Below, piece by piece: positions 23,846-35,795 of a stretch of 62,000 nucleotides of DNA. Source of the DNA: Octopus vulgaris. Taxonomy: Eukaryota. Under the pieces are notes generated by a model. That model had not been told where the DNA came from. It searched no databases and saw only the letters and a list, made by a program, of their open reading frames with translations. The stretch is taken from positions 26,246,001 through 26,308,000 of the forward strand of contig OX597823.1 of NCBI GenBank assembly GCA_951406725.2, written 5' to 3'. A program made the position numbers and the translations under genes. Every line of letters begins with the position of its first letter. Within the stretch, counting starts at the first letter, position 1.

Positions 23846-26800
23846 TATACATTGTTTTTGTGGTCAGACTTTGTACCCCAACTAGACAATATGTAAATAC
23901 CCCAAGACTTCTTTAATTCTGGTATAGCTACCTCTGGTCAACTCATCATAACAACATACCTCTTTCTCATTTTATCATCCTATTTCCATTTCTAACTGGG
24001 TATGCTTTGTCTTATAAATATTTTCATTTGTTCTGTTTGCTTATTTATGGAATTACTTGTCTGTTTTAAACTTGCTGCTGTAATGAATTACCTCTTTCAA
24101 TTATTCATAATTCCTTTAAGAGATCTGATAAACAGAACACTTCTCTTATACCTGAGCAACTGCCTTGGCTGAAAAGGAAAATACTGTTGTACCTCAAACG
24201 CTAATCTGATAGAAATGCAAGGTACTGTTATAGTTCAAAAGTGAATCTAGTAGACAAGATACTGGTTTACCCAAACACTTGCCTTTGTACAAAAGTAAGC
24301 TGGCTTAGCACAGTACTGTTTTTTCTTTCATCTCGTTAGCCAACACTATTGATTCAGTCAGATGTAATTCTGATTCATCACAGTGCTAACAGTGTTATTA
24401 TGTAAATATGATAATTCCTACAGAAATATATATTTTGGAAAATTCGCTTTTGTTTGTTAGCTTGTAGTTTAATTCTAAAATCATTAATAGTGGTGATTAA
24501 ACCATTAATGCTTGTCGGGAACTCTGTTGTAAGACAATGCAGATTAAATTGACACACAATCGCCAACTCATTTGAATTTAGGTTCCACGTTTCTCTGTAT
24601 GGATTAATAAACGAGGCAAATAAAACTATAAAAATTCCTTTTAACTTTTGTAATTAATTAGTAGAACCTTAATTCCCATTTCTAAATAATGAATTCTTTG
24701 AAAACCTCTGAGGGTTTGGCCTTATGTGTTCATTCCCCAAACCACAAGAACTGGTAGCTAAATATACTTCTGAGTGTTTTCACAAAGACTGGGTTTTTAA
24801 TTTCACTTCTGCCACATTTTTGACAATCTTGTCTGTAAATTCCCTGTTGGCTTTTAACTACCATTTGCTTTCTGAGGGCAAAAATCAGAATTTTTATTTG
24901 TTCACAGAGCACGAATACATTGTAAGTTTTTCTTTTTAGTTCTTCCTGTAATTGAAATAACAAGTCAGTTTTTAAGTATAAACTATTTTTTTGCAATAGA
25001 AATTGTGAATTAATTTTACCTTCCATCTCCCCATCCTCTTCTTGGCAATGGCTCTCATCTCTTGAACACGTGTTCTTAGATGGCTTGCAATTCATTTTCA
25101 TACATACCCTCATACTGGATAAAACATTTCTACACTACTCCAAAACAAAATTAATACTTCTTAAATAATTAATTTCATTATGAAAAGTTATATTTTCTTA
25201 ATCATCTTCGTATAAAATGAATTCTGAAACTTTTTTAAATTTATAGACAAAAATATAAAAAAAAGCAATCAAAGGACTGCCAACTCAGATTAGATTGCCT
25301 GTGGTTAAATCTATTAAAAGTTTATCTTTATTTCAAAAACTGTAATTATCTCTGATTCTGTGCTCTACTAAAAAAAACTTCATAATTTATACAATTTAAC
25401 AAATGATATATTTTTAACATTGCTATTTTAATTGATTCAAATTTATTGTAAAATGTAAAAGAAATAAATATATTAATCTATGGAAATGAAGATCATTTAT
25501 GCAGTAGCTACTTCAGTGGAAAAAATCAAAATTAGCTATATTAGGGAAATTAAGAGATAGTGTTACTGAAAATGTGGCACAAACAAATCCAAAGACCCAG
25601 TCTTTGCTGGTACATTAGTACTACTAATAATAATATACATATTATATGCATGAATTTATAGTTGTTGTCTTTTGTATCGTTACATGTGTGTAATTATGTA
25701 TATTTATATTTTAATATTCTACAATATATTTGTTAAGAATATATTGCAATATAGTTGAGTTTTTCTTTTCAAGTGAGGCTGGTGCTGTCAGTGCTATAAC
25801 AATGACAGGTTTATGACCTTATCCTCTTCTCAAATATACTATGAACACAGGCTACTTTAGAAGGGTGGGCTGGGGCTAGGGGGCAATAGAGGCATACAAC
25901 TAAGTCCATCTATACTTGGGGGGATAGACAGTGACAGGATGGGTGAATGCTTGCAGCATACAGGATAATCTCTGACTGAACACTGCAGGTTTGATTTCTA
26001 GTCATAGTTATTTCATTTGCTCTGCTAATGCTTTTGGAAAAGCATGAACATCACAACTCCTAATTTCTCCCCTTTTATTTGATAAAAGCTGTATAACCCT
26101 TAACAGATACTTCAGCATAAAAAGGCCAATCAGTTTATTGTATCCCACTTCATTAATTATATAAGATTGTATACTTAATCTTGTATATTTCCCATTATTG
26201 CTTAGATAAAAAAAAAATGTTAATGTAAGAATTTCCTTGCAGTTCCTTTGAGAGTATTTGAAATATTTGTGTGTAATTAGCTGCTTTGAAGACTTCTGAA
26301 TGTGCTTGTCCTCCACCAGTTTACTGGGTACAGTTTTAGCTACACAAATCAGGCTACATCTTCACTCACACATCAGGTGAACTAGCAAGGGGCACTAGTA
26401 GCAAGTATTGTCAGCTATTTGCTCTGCTGACTATTGATCTTCCTACTCTGCCATCCACCTCACCATGATCATCCAGCAGATGATGCTTGGCTCTTGTTTG
26501 TCATCTGATTAGGATGCTCTGTTCTTTTGAAGTGATCTCAAAAAATTCCCTGCGAGATAGATAGCTAGAGAGAGAAGGGGATGAGAGTGAGAGAAAAAGT
26601 ACACTGCTGAATAAAAATGTTTTCTAAGCTGGAGTTTGTGTTACAAGCAAACCATTGCTTGCAGTCTCCAAGATCAATATTTCCAATGTTTTCCTGATGT
26701 GGCCATCAGCTATAGCAGTAGCTGAACTGAATGTCAGCTCCATTTCTTGCTACCGATGCTGCAATAGCAGTAGATACATCACTTACCTGACATCTTGCTT

Positions 26801-26962
26801 TTTCTCCCGTACTCCCACTTCCCTTCTTTATTCCAGACTATGCCACTGCTGTATTTCTCTCAACACTTTTGTCTCTTTCACAGCTGTTCTGTCAGCTGAA
26901 GATGTCTGTGATGTTCTTGTTAGTAAAACTTTTGTTTGTGTGTAGTTATGTTGTTTTTGTTT

Positions 26963-27180
26963 TCACTCTTTTGTGTTAATAATACTTATAGCATTACATA
27001 TGCTGAGGTATTTATATATTATACAGTAGAATGGTGTGTCTTTGCTAAGGTTTAATTCTCTTGTATTTGTGCTACTAATGGTGTTAGATATGCAGCAGTA
27101 TATATAGTAGAGTGGTGTGTCTTGCCTAAGGTTTAACTCTTTAGTATTCATAATACTAATGGTGTTATGTATGTATATAT
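26963..27180. repeat. 81-bp-period minisatellite, about 2.5 copies
   Basis: AGTAGARTGGTGTGTCTT...CTAAGGTTTAA...TACTAATGGTGTTA at 27025 and 27106. Confidence 0.8.
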
Positions 27181-30149
27181 TTATAAAATGATGAACCGAA
27201 AGCAAGCACTTCACACACGTGATTTATTGGGGTGGGGGTGGCCAGTTCCTGCTGCAGAGGGTAACAGTGTCAACAAGATCCAGTATGACAGGTAGTTAGA
27301 TTTGGGCCAGTTTGAATGCCAAAGTATAATAAACCCCGACTGAAAGGGTAAAAAGTATTGCAGCAACATATTTATTTATAATTCCACATATTCTCTCTAA
27401 GTTGGTGGCCTATGTGAGGAAGTGTTAAATTCAGTGAGTGGCAAAGAAATGAGGTATGTTGGTATGCTGTGAGATATGTTAGATATTTCTTCTCAGTGCA
27501 TACTAACATACTTTTCCTTTTCTGTATTTTTTTTTTTTTTTCCTTATTCTAGTCAGACAAACGAAAGCATTTCCTCAAAATAACTGGAGGCTTGAAGCTG
27601 GGTGTTTTGCTTTTGTTCAGAAACAAATAGTTGCCCTTAGAAAATTGTATTGTCTACAACTTAAAACTGGTATCAGTAGGCTTTAAAAAGAAGAAAAAAT
27701 TCTTGTCCCACAAGATGTAAGAAATATGAATTGTGTACAAGTCAACATTTTAAGTTTTAAAAGAGAATATATAAAAAAAATAAACTTTCCCAAACCAGAT
27801 GCCGACCTGTTGGGTATAATACGTAATCTTTACCTCTGGCCTAAAAAAACTTGAATGTTGACTTAAAGTCACCTAATATATGTTCATTATTATATATATT
27901 CTTGTATTATAATATTTTATATTGTAGATTCCCATGTTTTTTTTTTTTTTAATTACTTTTTTCCTCATGATTATTTTATTTATTATTTTCTATTCTGAAA
28001 GAGCAGAACTCTTTACCTCTGGAGAAAAAAAGCGCATAAAAGCTCAGATCAGTAACTTAAAGGGCTTACCAAAGTTTTCTTTGTGGCCCACTACTTTGTC
28101 TTTGTGTTTGATGTATAATGTAATTGTGTAATTGTATACCCTGAATGTGTTCTAGCTAGTTCTCTATCCTATCCAATCCCTTTAACCAGAGAAAACAAAA
28201 TCTAATGGTGTTTGATCAGCTTGATTACATGTGGACACATGAGAATGAAATTTATGACACCTTCATCTGAAAAGTAAATAAAGTCTTTTTAAAATAATCT
28301 CTTTTTTCGTTATTTATTTTCTTTTATTTGGACTACTGTTCTCTGCACTTGCTTCTATATACATATCTAGCCTCAACTTCTAATGCCATCCTATAAAATG
28401 CATTCTAGTTCCAGTTTGAACGAGACTTTGATAACATTGCAGTTAAATTTGAAAACAAAAGTAGCAATTAATTTCATGATAATAAATTTTGTATAGGAAG
28501 TATGAAGCTACATTAGTATTGAATGCAGACGTGTAGAAGCTGGAGAGAAATTGAGATAAGCATGTGGTGGGTGTGTAATGTTAACTAGCTTAAAAGAGTG
28601 CTGCTTTCCTATATGAAAGTTTTAAAGGCATCAGTGTATGTATGTTGAAGAGGTGGTTGTACCTGTATGGACAAGTAAATTCACAATACTTGCTGGATGA
28701 AATAGTAGTTAAGAGTTATCTGTGACAGAAGACAGGAAGAAATACTGAGATCAGGTGACATTAACAATATGTTGCACTACTGATTTGGACGACTTGTGCC
28801 AGTCTGGTTGCACAGCTGTTAAAATGGTAATAAGGAGGATTTAGTCTAAATGTTATTACATTTTAATTCATTAACTGAAAATTTGAACTTACGCTTTAGT
28901 ACTATTGGTTTTTCTAATGTTTGATGTTCATTTAGTAATGTCTGCTAACAGTGTTAGTAGATATTACATATACTAACCGCTTTAGGCAATCATGTGAAGC
29001 AGTTACTTGACCTGCTAGAAATAGCAGCCATATCTTTCCAATCACAGGAAAGGAAAAAAGATCAAGTAGTTCTTAGGTACACTGAATCTGAAAAAGAGAC
29101 AGGATGGTCATAGATGGAGCAAACTGACATGGATCTAAACTAGGGTTTCTTAAAAAGAAGGTGGAAGCTGAGAGGATTGAAATGATGGCAGACAAATTGC
29201 CATCCTTAAGGAAATAGAGATTTTTAAAACTTGTCCAGCTTCACAGAAATATATTTGTTCTCCTAACAACTCTTCACTCTGTGTCCACTCACTAAAATGC
29301 ACTCCACCCATTTTAGTTTTGCAATCTTGTGGACTTACTCACCCTATCCAATCTTTGGTTCCACTTACATACACCTCACTGGAACTTGAATGCACCCCCA
29401 CTTCCGCATCACATCTTCACCATCTCTCTCCTCTCTTTCTTCCCCCTCTCTCCCCTACTGTGGTGGCCATGTATCGCCTTTACTGCAAGACACCTGTTTT
29501 TGTCCCTCTACTCATAGTCTCTCTAATCTCTCGTCACCTGGCACAAAGCTATTCCTCTCTCGGTTAAGAGGGTCTTGTCTTGTAAGTTATTTGGTGACCT
29601 CACTGCTGCTGGTGCCATGCAAAAAAAGCACCCAATACACTCTGCATAATGTTTGGTGTTCAGAAGGTCATTGAACCATACCAAAGCAGACCAGCTGGGT
29701 TTGGTGTAGACTTCTGACTTGTGAGCATAGAAAACAGGTAGTAAATGACAATTAGTAAAGAACGGAGTGGTATTCACTAATATTTTGTGAGTGAAATGTC
29801 AGCTTGAAAGCCATTGGTCTGCCCCACTTAGCATTCAGATTATTTAGTCAAAAGTATTGTTCATTTATCCACATTGTTTTGAATTCATCCTGCATTATCT
29901 TGTAGCTTAAAGATTTCAATGATGTAATCGTTTATTTTTAGAATGACATTGTAGGGTAAGTGTGAGAGACTGGATCTGGCCAGGTAGAGTATTTTACCTG
30001 CTTTTCAAGTCAGCGATCTCGTTCCACACAGCTTTGATGGTGCAAAGGAAGTGGATGATTTGTTGACAGAACTGATAACAACAATACATATATTGCAAAT
30101 TTTTAGAAGCAAGCAGAAATGTAGACAAATACACACGTGCATACAATAT

Positions 30150-30297
30150 AACAGTCTTCTTTCAGTTTCTGTCTATCAATTCCACTCAAAGACTTTGGTC
30201 AGTTTGGGACTGACCAGAGGTGCTGTGCTGTGGAACTGAACCTGAAACCCCATGGTTAGAAGGCAGACTCTTTAACCACACAGCCATGCCTATGCCT
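30150..30297 (-). mobile_element. SINE-A 5' half
   Basis: Plus strand CTTTCAGTTTCTGTCTATCAATTCCACTC...GGAACTGAACC...CCACACAGCCATGCC. Confidence 0.7.
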
Positions 30298-30435
30298 GTA
30301 TATCATATATAGATGTGTATGTTCCTAATTGTAAGCCACAGTCATAAACCTAGGTGTCCAAAATTTTTGTTTGTGGGGTATATCTTTTAGTGGAGAAGGT
30401 CATTGACTGTGTGATTTTCTGATACTTTCTATAAG

Positions 30436-30465
30436 CCCAGGCAAAGCTGGGTGCTGCTGCTATAT
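30436..30465 (+). mobile_element. Possible Helitron 3' terminus relic
   Basis: CCCAG-GCAAAG-CTGGG hairpin followed about 8 nt later by GCTAT (a degenerate CTAG). Confidence 0.25.
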
Positions 30466-30744
30466 TTATAAAGTTGGATGCAGAACAACTATCAGATACA
30501 CAGAACAGCTAGTGCCTGCACACATGCACAGAAAATGGACCATTTTGACAAATACAAAGAACAGACATCACACACGTACACAGAGCAGCCATCAAAAACC
30601 AATAAAGAGTGGCTGGAGGGAGGCTGTGAGGAGAAATATAGCTAAATATAGAGAGGGTGATGTGACATTATAGTATTTAGGAAGTAGTGACAGTTTCAAG
30701 AAAATATCGGTGTGTGTTTGTGTATATATATATATATATATAAT

Positions 30745-31200
30745 ATATACATACATATATGGGTACAGGACATCAAAAAAAAAACGTCAAACACAATGAG
30801 AAACGAAAACATAAAATCAAAAACATGGAAACAAACTTTTTTTCAAACAACAAAAACAGAGTACAAGACATACAACACAAGGAATATTCCCCTTCTTCAG
30901 TTGTGCCTGTTTCGTCTACTCCGCGTTTCAAAGGTAAGGACAAGACGCGACTTTGTTGAAACAGTCCTTCCCGTAAAACAAATTAAATAAAATTTGGGAT
31001 TTTTGCGGAGGAGTAAAAGTGGTAACAAGAACAAGACAGTAAGAAGTAAACGACAGGACAAAGAGAATAACACAGTAAAAACAAACGACGAGTGCTGTTG
31101 AACCAAGATGATGGAAAAATATTTTATATAGGTTCTGAGAGGTAATGGTGTCATTGAGACCCAAAGGTGTCAGGTAATGCTGAATAAGTGCAATAGATGG
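30745..31200. mobile_element. Dispersed repeat relic, possibly Penelope-like
   Basis: Starts at (TA)n-GGGTACAGGAC; minus strand has CTGAAGAAGG followed by the palindrome GGAATATTCC; family assignment from memory only. Confidence 0.3.
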
Positions 31201-31366
31201 ACTGCAGTTAAGTTCCAGGTTCGGTGATTATACAAATAAGGGGTTTAACATTGGTCATATGTCAGCGTGTGTATATAAAAATTCTATTTTGTAATGAGAT
31301 AAAGAACCAAGGCTGTGTAGATTTTAGAACATTTATAGATAGAATGTCTCTCTCTCTCTCTTTCTT

Positions 31367-31403
<37 letters not shown>

Positions 31404-31742
31404 ATATATATATATATATATAATATGAAGGTAGTCTTGCTTTCTCCTCAGTAATTTTGAAGTTCTAACCCCTAAAGAGGACATAAGGTTTGACAGCTGG
31501 AGGATAATAATTTCAAACCAGTTATGTTCCCTTCAAGTTTATAGTAAGAACCTTGTATTTTTTCTTAGTTGCATGATTACAGATATATAAACATTCTGAC
31601 TGCACTGAAGCTGAATGAAACTCCTCTAGTTTGGAACTGTGATATTTTTATTAGTCCTACATATTGTATTGCAGTATTATAACCACAACATTGTTATAGA
31701 GTTAAGTTGTAACTCAAGTAGAGTTACAACAAAGAAGTTTGT

Positions 31743-31860
31743 GATGGCGAGCTGGCAGAAACGTTAGCATGCCGGGTGAAATGCTTTGCGGTATTACATC
31801 TGCTGTTACATTCTGAGTTCAAATACTGCTGAGGTTGACTTTGCCTTTCATCCTTTTGGG
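31743..31860 (+). mobile_element. SINE-B copy (young-looking 5' part)
   Basis: GGCGAGCTGGCAGAAACGTTAGCATGCCGGGTGAAATGC...CTGAGTTCAAATACTGCTGAGGTTGACTTTGCCTTTCATCC; CpGs retained. Confidence 0.85.
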
Positions 31861-31884
31861 TTTGATTTGTATTCCGCGATATAT

Positions 31885-32230
31885 ATATATATATATTATA
31901 TAAAATCCATTCTGTCTGTCTGTGTGTGTCTTCTAGGATCTTGGGCATCCTCCATCTGATTGCGCTCAAATTTGATATGTAGATACCAACAGTATCAGGG
32001 CGTGTATAAGTCTTGAAAAATTTACAAAAATCAATTTCAGGTGAGAATGGGAACGTGCATTTGTACGCGCAAGTACATCAGCTGTTGCAATTGATACTAT
32101 GCATACACAAGAAAAATGCATGTGCAGTTTGCGCAAAAAAAGCTGGCTGGCTTGAAATAATGCCACAAAATGGGATGGTCGGACAAGTTGTTTTGAAAAA
32201 ATTTGGTTTAGATGTTTGATAACTCAGCAT
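31885..32230 (+). mobile_element. Non-autonomous Helitron-like 5' fragment
   Basis: TATATAAAATCCATTCTGTCTGTCTGTGTGTG start and CTGATTGCGCTCAAATTTGATATG motif resemble animal Helitron-derived repeats; no matching 3' end found. Confidence 0.35.
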
Positions 32231-32529
32231 CGTTCATTGGACGGGGGGTGTTTTGTTCGTATATATATATATATATACACATCACCCTGATCACCGTGAC
32301 CGACCAGGCTATCAGATGTTGCTACACATCGCTGGTCACAATGCACTTCACATTGTTTTAGCCTTCAAATGACGCCACCCTGCTGGCTAAGCGAGCAGGC
32401 CAATATATCAGCCGAAATTGTGAGGATGATCCGGTTCTTGACTGAAGATTGAAGGCTTCGAATGTCCCATCCATGTTTTTTGTATCGTCTTCTAAATGTT
32501 TTGTGTTCTTGTCCCAGTTTGTATTTTTT

Positions 32530-32579
<50 letters not shown>

Positions 32580-33834
32580 TACATGTATTTATGTGTTTGC
32601 TTACATCTGTGATGACTTGTATGAAAGTTACAGCAGATGGAATTATTGTCAGTTTTCCTGTGATCAAATCATCTGGTCACTGTGTCTTTAAAACAATGTG
32701 GAATAAGAGAGTCCTTATCTGAGTAAACAGGTGAATATCAGGCACAGCATCAGGCTGTAAAATAATACCTCAAATAACATAGTCGTCCAAATCATGGAAG
32801 CATAGCAAAATGGATGTAAAAGAAACAAATGACTAGTAAGAAGGGAGAAGAGTGAACAAATATAAAAATAATGATAATGATGATGATGACCACACACACA
32901 CATATACACACACTTTGTTGCCTGTGTCCGACTGACCTCTAATTATCTGACAATTCAAAAGGGAATATTTAATTATTTTTTAAAAAATTCCAGTTGCATT
33001 ATAATGGAAGGCAAGGTTTACGATATCGGGAGAATATCGCCTTCCTCCATTATTTCTTTTTGTTGTTCGTGTAGTTCTGGCTCCGGCAGGCGAAGCGAGT
33101 ACAAGTTTCACAGGAGAGGTAAAGTGTGCTGCTCTCAGCAACCATCTTTAGCTGTGTGCGTTATGTCGTAGCTCCATTAATGTGGGCCCATTGCCTCTGG
33201 ATGTACAACATACAGACAGGCCCAGCCAATGTAGTGCACTCAGCAAGCGCTGCAGCTAAGAGGCAGCAAAAGAAGAAGAATCTCAATCTGTTTTGCTCTT
33301 ACATACAGTTAGCCATTGCGAGCCTCGTTGTTATCTTGTGCATGGCAAATGGATGCAGGTGAGATTTTGCTCCAGTCTCGGAGATGGCAATAGCTGCTGT
33401 GAGATCCCATCCAATATGGCACTGACTGATTGTGCCACTACAGCCTCTCCGTATATTTACTCTTTATCTACTCAGTCTTACCTTGTCCTTATATCTCCTC
33501 AGTACTATCCACACCCCTCAGTGAGAAATTCTTTTTCCCGCCAGATGAAGAGACACACAAGAAATGTTTGGTTCATCCTCCCTTCATGGCATACAAACTT
33601 ATCCAAAATCATGAGCTCCTTTGAATAATTCTAATAGCATACTACCATTTCTCTCCCTCGCTTTTTCTTTCTATTTATTACTAAGAATTCTCCCCAACCA
33701 AAATATTTATTTCAGTATTTCCTCTTTTCTACTTTAAAAAGAAGAAAACTTTGATGAAGACCTTCATCAGTGTTGATGGCTGAGAAGTCACAGTGCCTGC
33801 AATAGATGTTTTGTTGTGTCTGACTATCTCAACC

Positions 33835-33987
33835 CACTAGCATAGCCAGGGTGTGTACCACCTAGGGCAGCCCTTCAGCTTGCTGCCTCTGGGCACTCAC
33901 AAAAAATATTGCTTACAGCAGACCCAAAAGTGGTGCCATCCAGGGCAGACCACCCACACACTCTGCTACCCTCTAGCTGTGCTAGTG
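33835..33987. mobile_element. hAT-type MITE, 153 bp
   Basis: TIRs CACTAGCATAGCCAG / CTAGCTGTGCTAGTG; 8-bp TSD TCTCAACC versus TCTCAGCC (7/8 match). Confidence 0.75.
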
Positions 33988-35554
33988 TCTCAGCCTGCCT
34001 AAGCTCCATCTCAACTTCATGTTTTAGTTACAAATATTAGAAACAATAGACAAATACAGAAATGGCAGAGCAAAATCAAAAACTTGTTTTTAATTCTTTT
34101 GTTTGGCTAAAGAAAATAGCTTTCAATTTTTTTTTTTTATATTAGTCAAAGACAGGATCTGCCTGGTTAACTCAATACAGTTGACATTCAACATGAACTT
34201 CTGTAGGGCAAAGGTCAGTGTTCCCATTTAAATTTTGAAATAATGAATTCTTTTGTTGTTTGTTATCAAATTATCTTCACATTCAGATTATATAGAACAA
34301 TCTGTTTTAACTTCACAAGTCCCTAAAGTGTCATTAAAGAAACATTTGAATGGGATTTGTTGACACGGTTGCCAATAATGGGGTACAAAATCTTTAAGCG
34401 ACAAAATTTCTTATGATAAACCAGAAAAATCATTCAGGTAGACATTTAGCTCTCAGCTTTCATTCATGTTTCCTGGAGTGGGCTGAACTTAAGGCTAAAC
34501 TTACGAATTTGTTCAAAGAATTCTTTGCTTAGAAAAGCAATTTGGTCCTTTGATTAGAGAGCTGAACAAAAATGGAAATTTTGTGGTTCACTTTTAAACT
34601 TGTACTAGGTTATACAACGAAGCATAACTGATTTCTCTCTCTCTCTCTCTCTATTTCTCTCCCTCCATCCCCCTCTCTCTCTTTCCCTCCCCCTCACACA
34701 CACACACAATACTTTTGAATTCTGGTGTTAAAAAAATACCTTTGCTCTAACTTGACTACAATTGAAAAAAGACTAAAGAGGAACTAACAAAATGGTATTT
34801 CGAGGAATATTAGCAGATGAAATACAAAGACCATGCTTTGGTAACACAATAGTGTTAATAAAGATTTCAAATGTAGGCACAACTACACTTTAAGAGAAGG
34901 TTTGGGTAATTATATTAACCCCAGTATTTAACTGGTATTTATTCTATTGACCACAGCAGAACCAATATCCTAAAACCACCTTATCAATTCATATTCATGA
35001 AAAGCTCTGCTCTGTCAACTTTCTCCCCCCCCCCCCCATCCACATTTCATCCCAAACACCCACCGCTTCCTCTATCACCTGAAAGCAGAATAGGCACATA
35101 CTACACCTGCTAGCTTTCTTAGTTACTGCTGCTGCCTCCCAGTTACCTTTCTTCCTTCACCTACTGTCTCCATCAATCACCTCCTCTCTGTGTTGTTTTC
35201 TGTTGCCAACTCCTGGCTTACCTGTTCCCACCCTCAATGCCCTCTCATATCTAATGTAAACCCTGCTCCCTGCCCACCAGTCTCTCCTATATTTCTCTCT
35301 TTCATTTGCTGCAGTCTTCTCAATCCTCCCCACTCACCCAACCCAATCCTCTCACTACCCCCAATGTCCCTCAAGGGCATATCCTAACACAGCCATCATC
35401 TCTCTCTCACTATCACTCTCCAACTCACTCTCCTTTCTACTCTGCAGCAAAACACCTATATCTATCCCCTCTATCCCTTAAATCCCTCACAACTGGCAAA
35501 AAGCTACATACACTCAATACTATTCCCCACTCCCAGCTGAGGGTTTTTTTTATG

Positions 35555-35795
35555 TTGCAAGGTACTTGATGACAGTGTCAGTGTTGGTGCCACATTAAAA
35601 GCACTGGTGCTGGTGCAACGTAAAAAAAGTACCCAACACGCTCTGTAAAGTTGTTGGCATTAGGAAGAGTATCTAACTGGGGAAACCCTACCAAAATGGA
35701 CAATGGAACCTGGCATGACTCCTAGCCTTGTTAGCTGCTGTCAACCCATCCAATCCATACCTGCATGGTAAAAGGATGTGAAATAATGATGGTGA
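35555..35795 (+). mobile_element. SINE-D copy
   Basis: GGTGCCACATTAAAAGCAC...CTCTGTAAAGTTGTTGGCATTAGGAAG...CAACCCAT...TAATGATGGTGAT. Confidence 0.7.

Noticed and set aside
29012-29027. GCTAGAAATAGC, identical to the engineered Cas9 sgRNA tetraloop
   Set aside because: Only 12-15 nt match, no other scaffold sequence is present, and it recurs as part of a native dispersed repeat
30880-30925. Hammerhead-like CTGAAGA core on the minus strand (similar motif at about 32441)
   Set aside because: Stem II is not followed by GAAA, and the spacing does not fit type I, II or III topology
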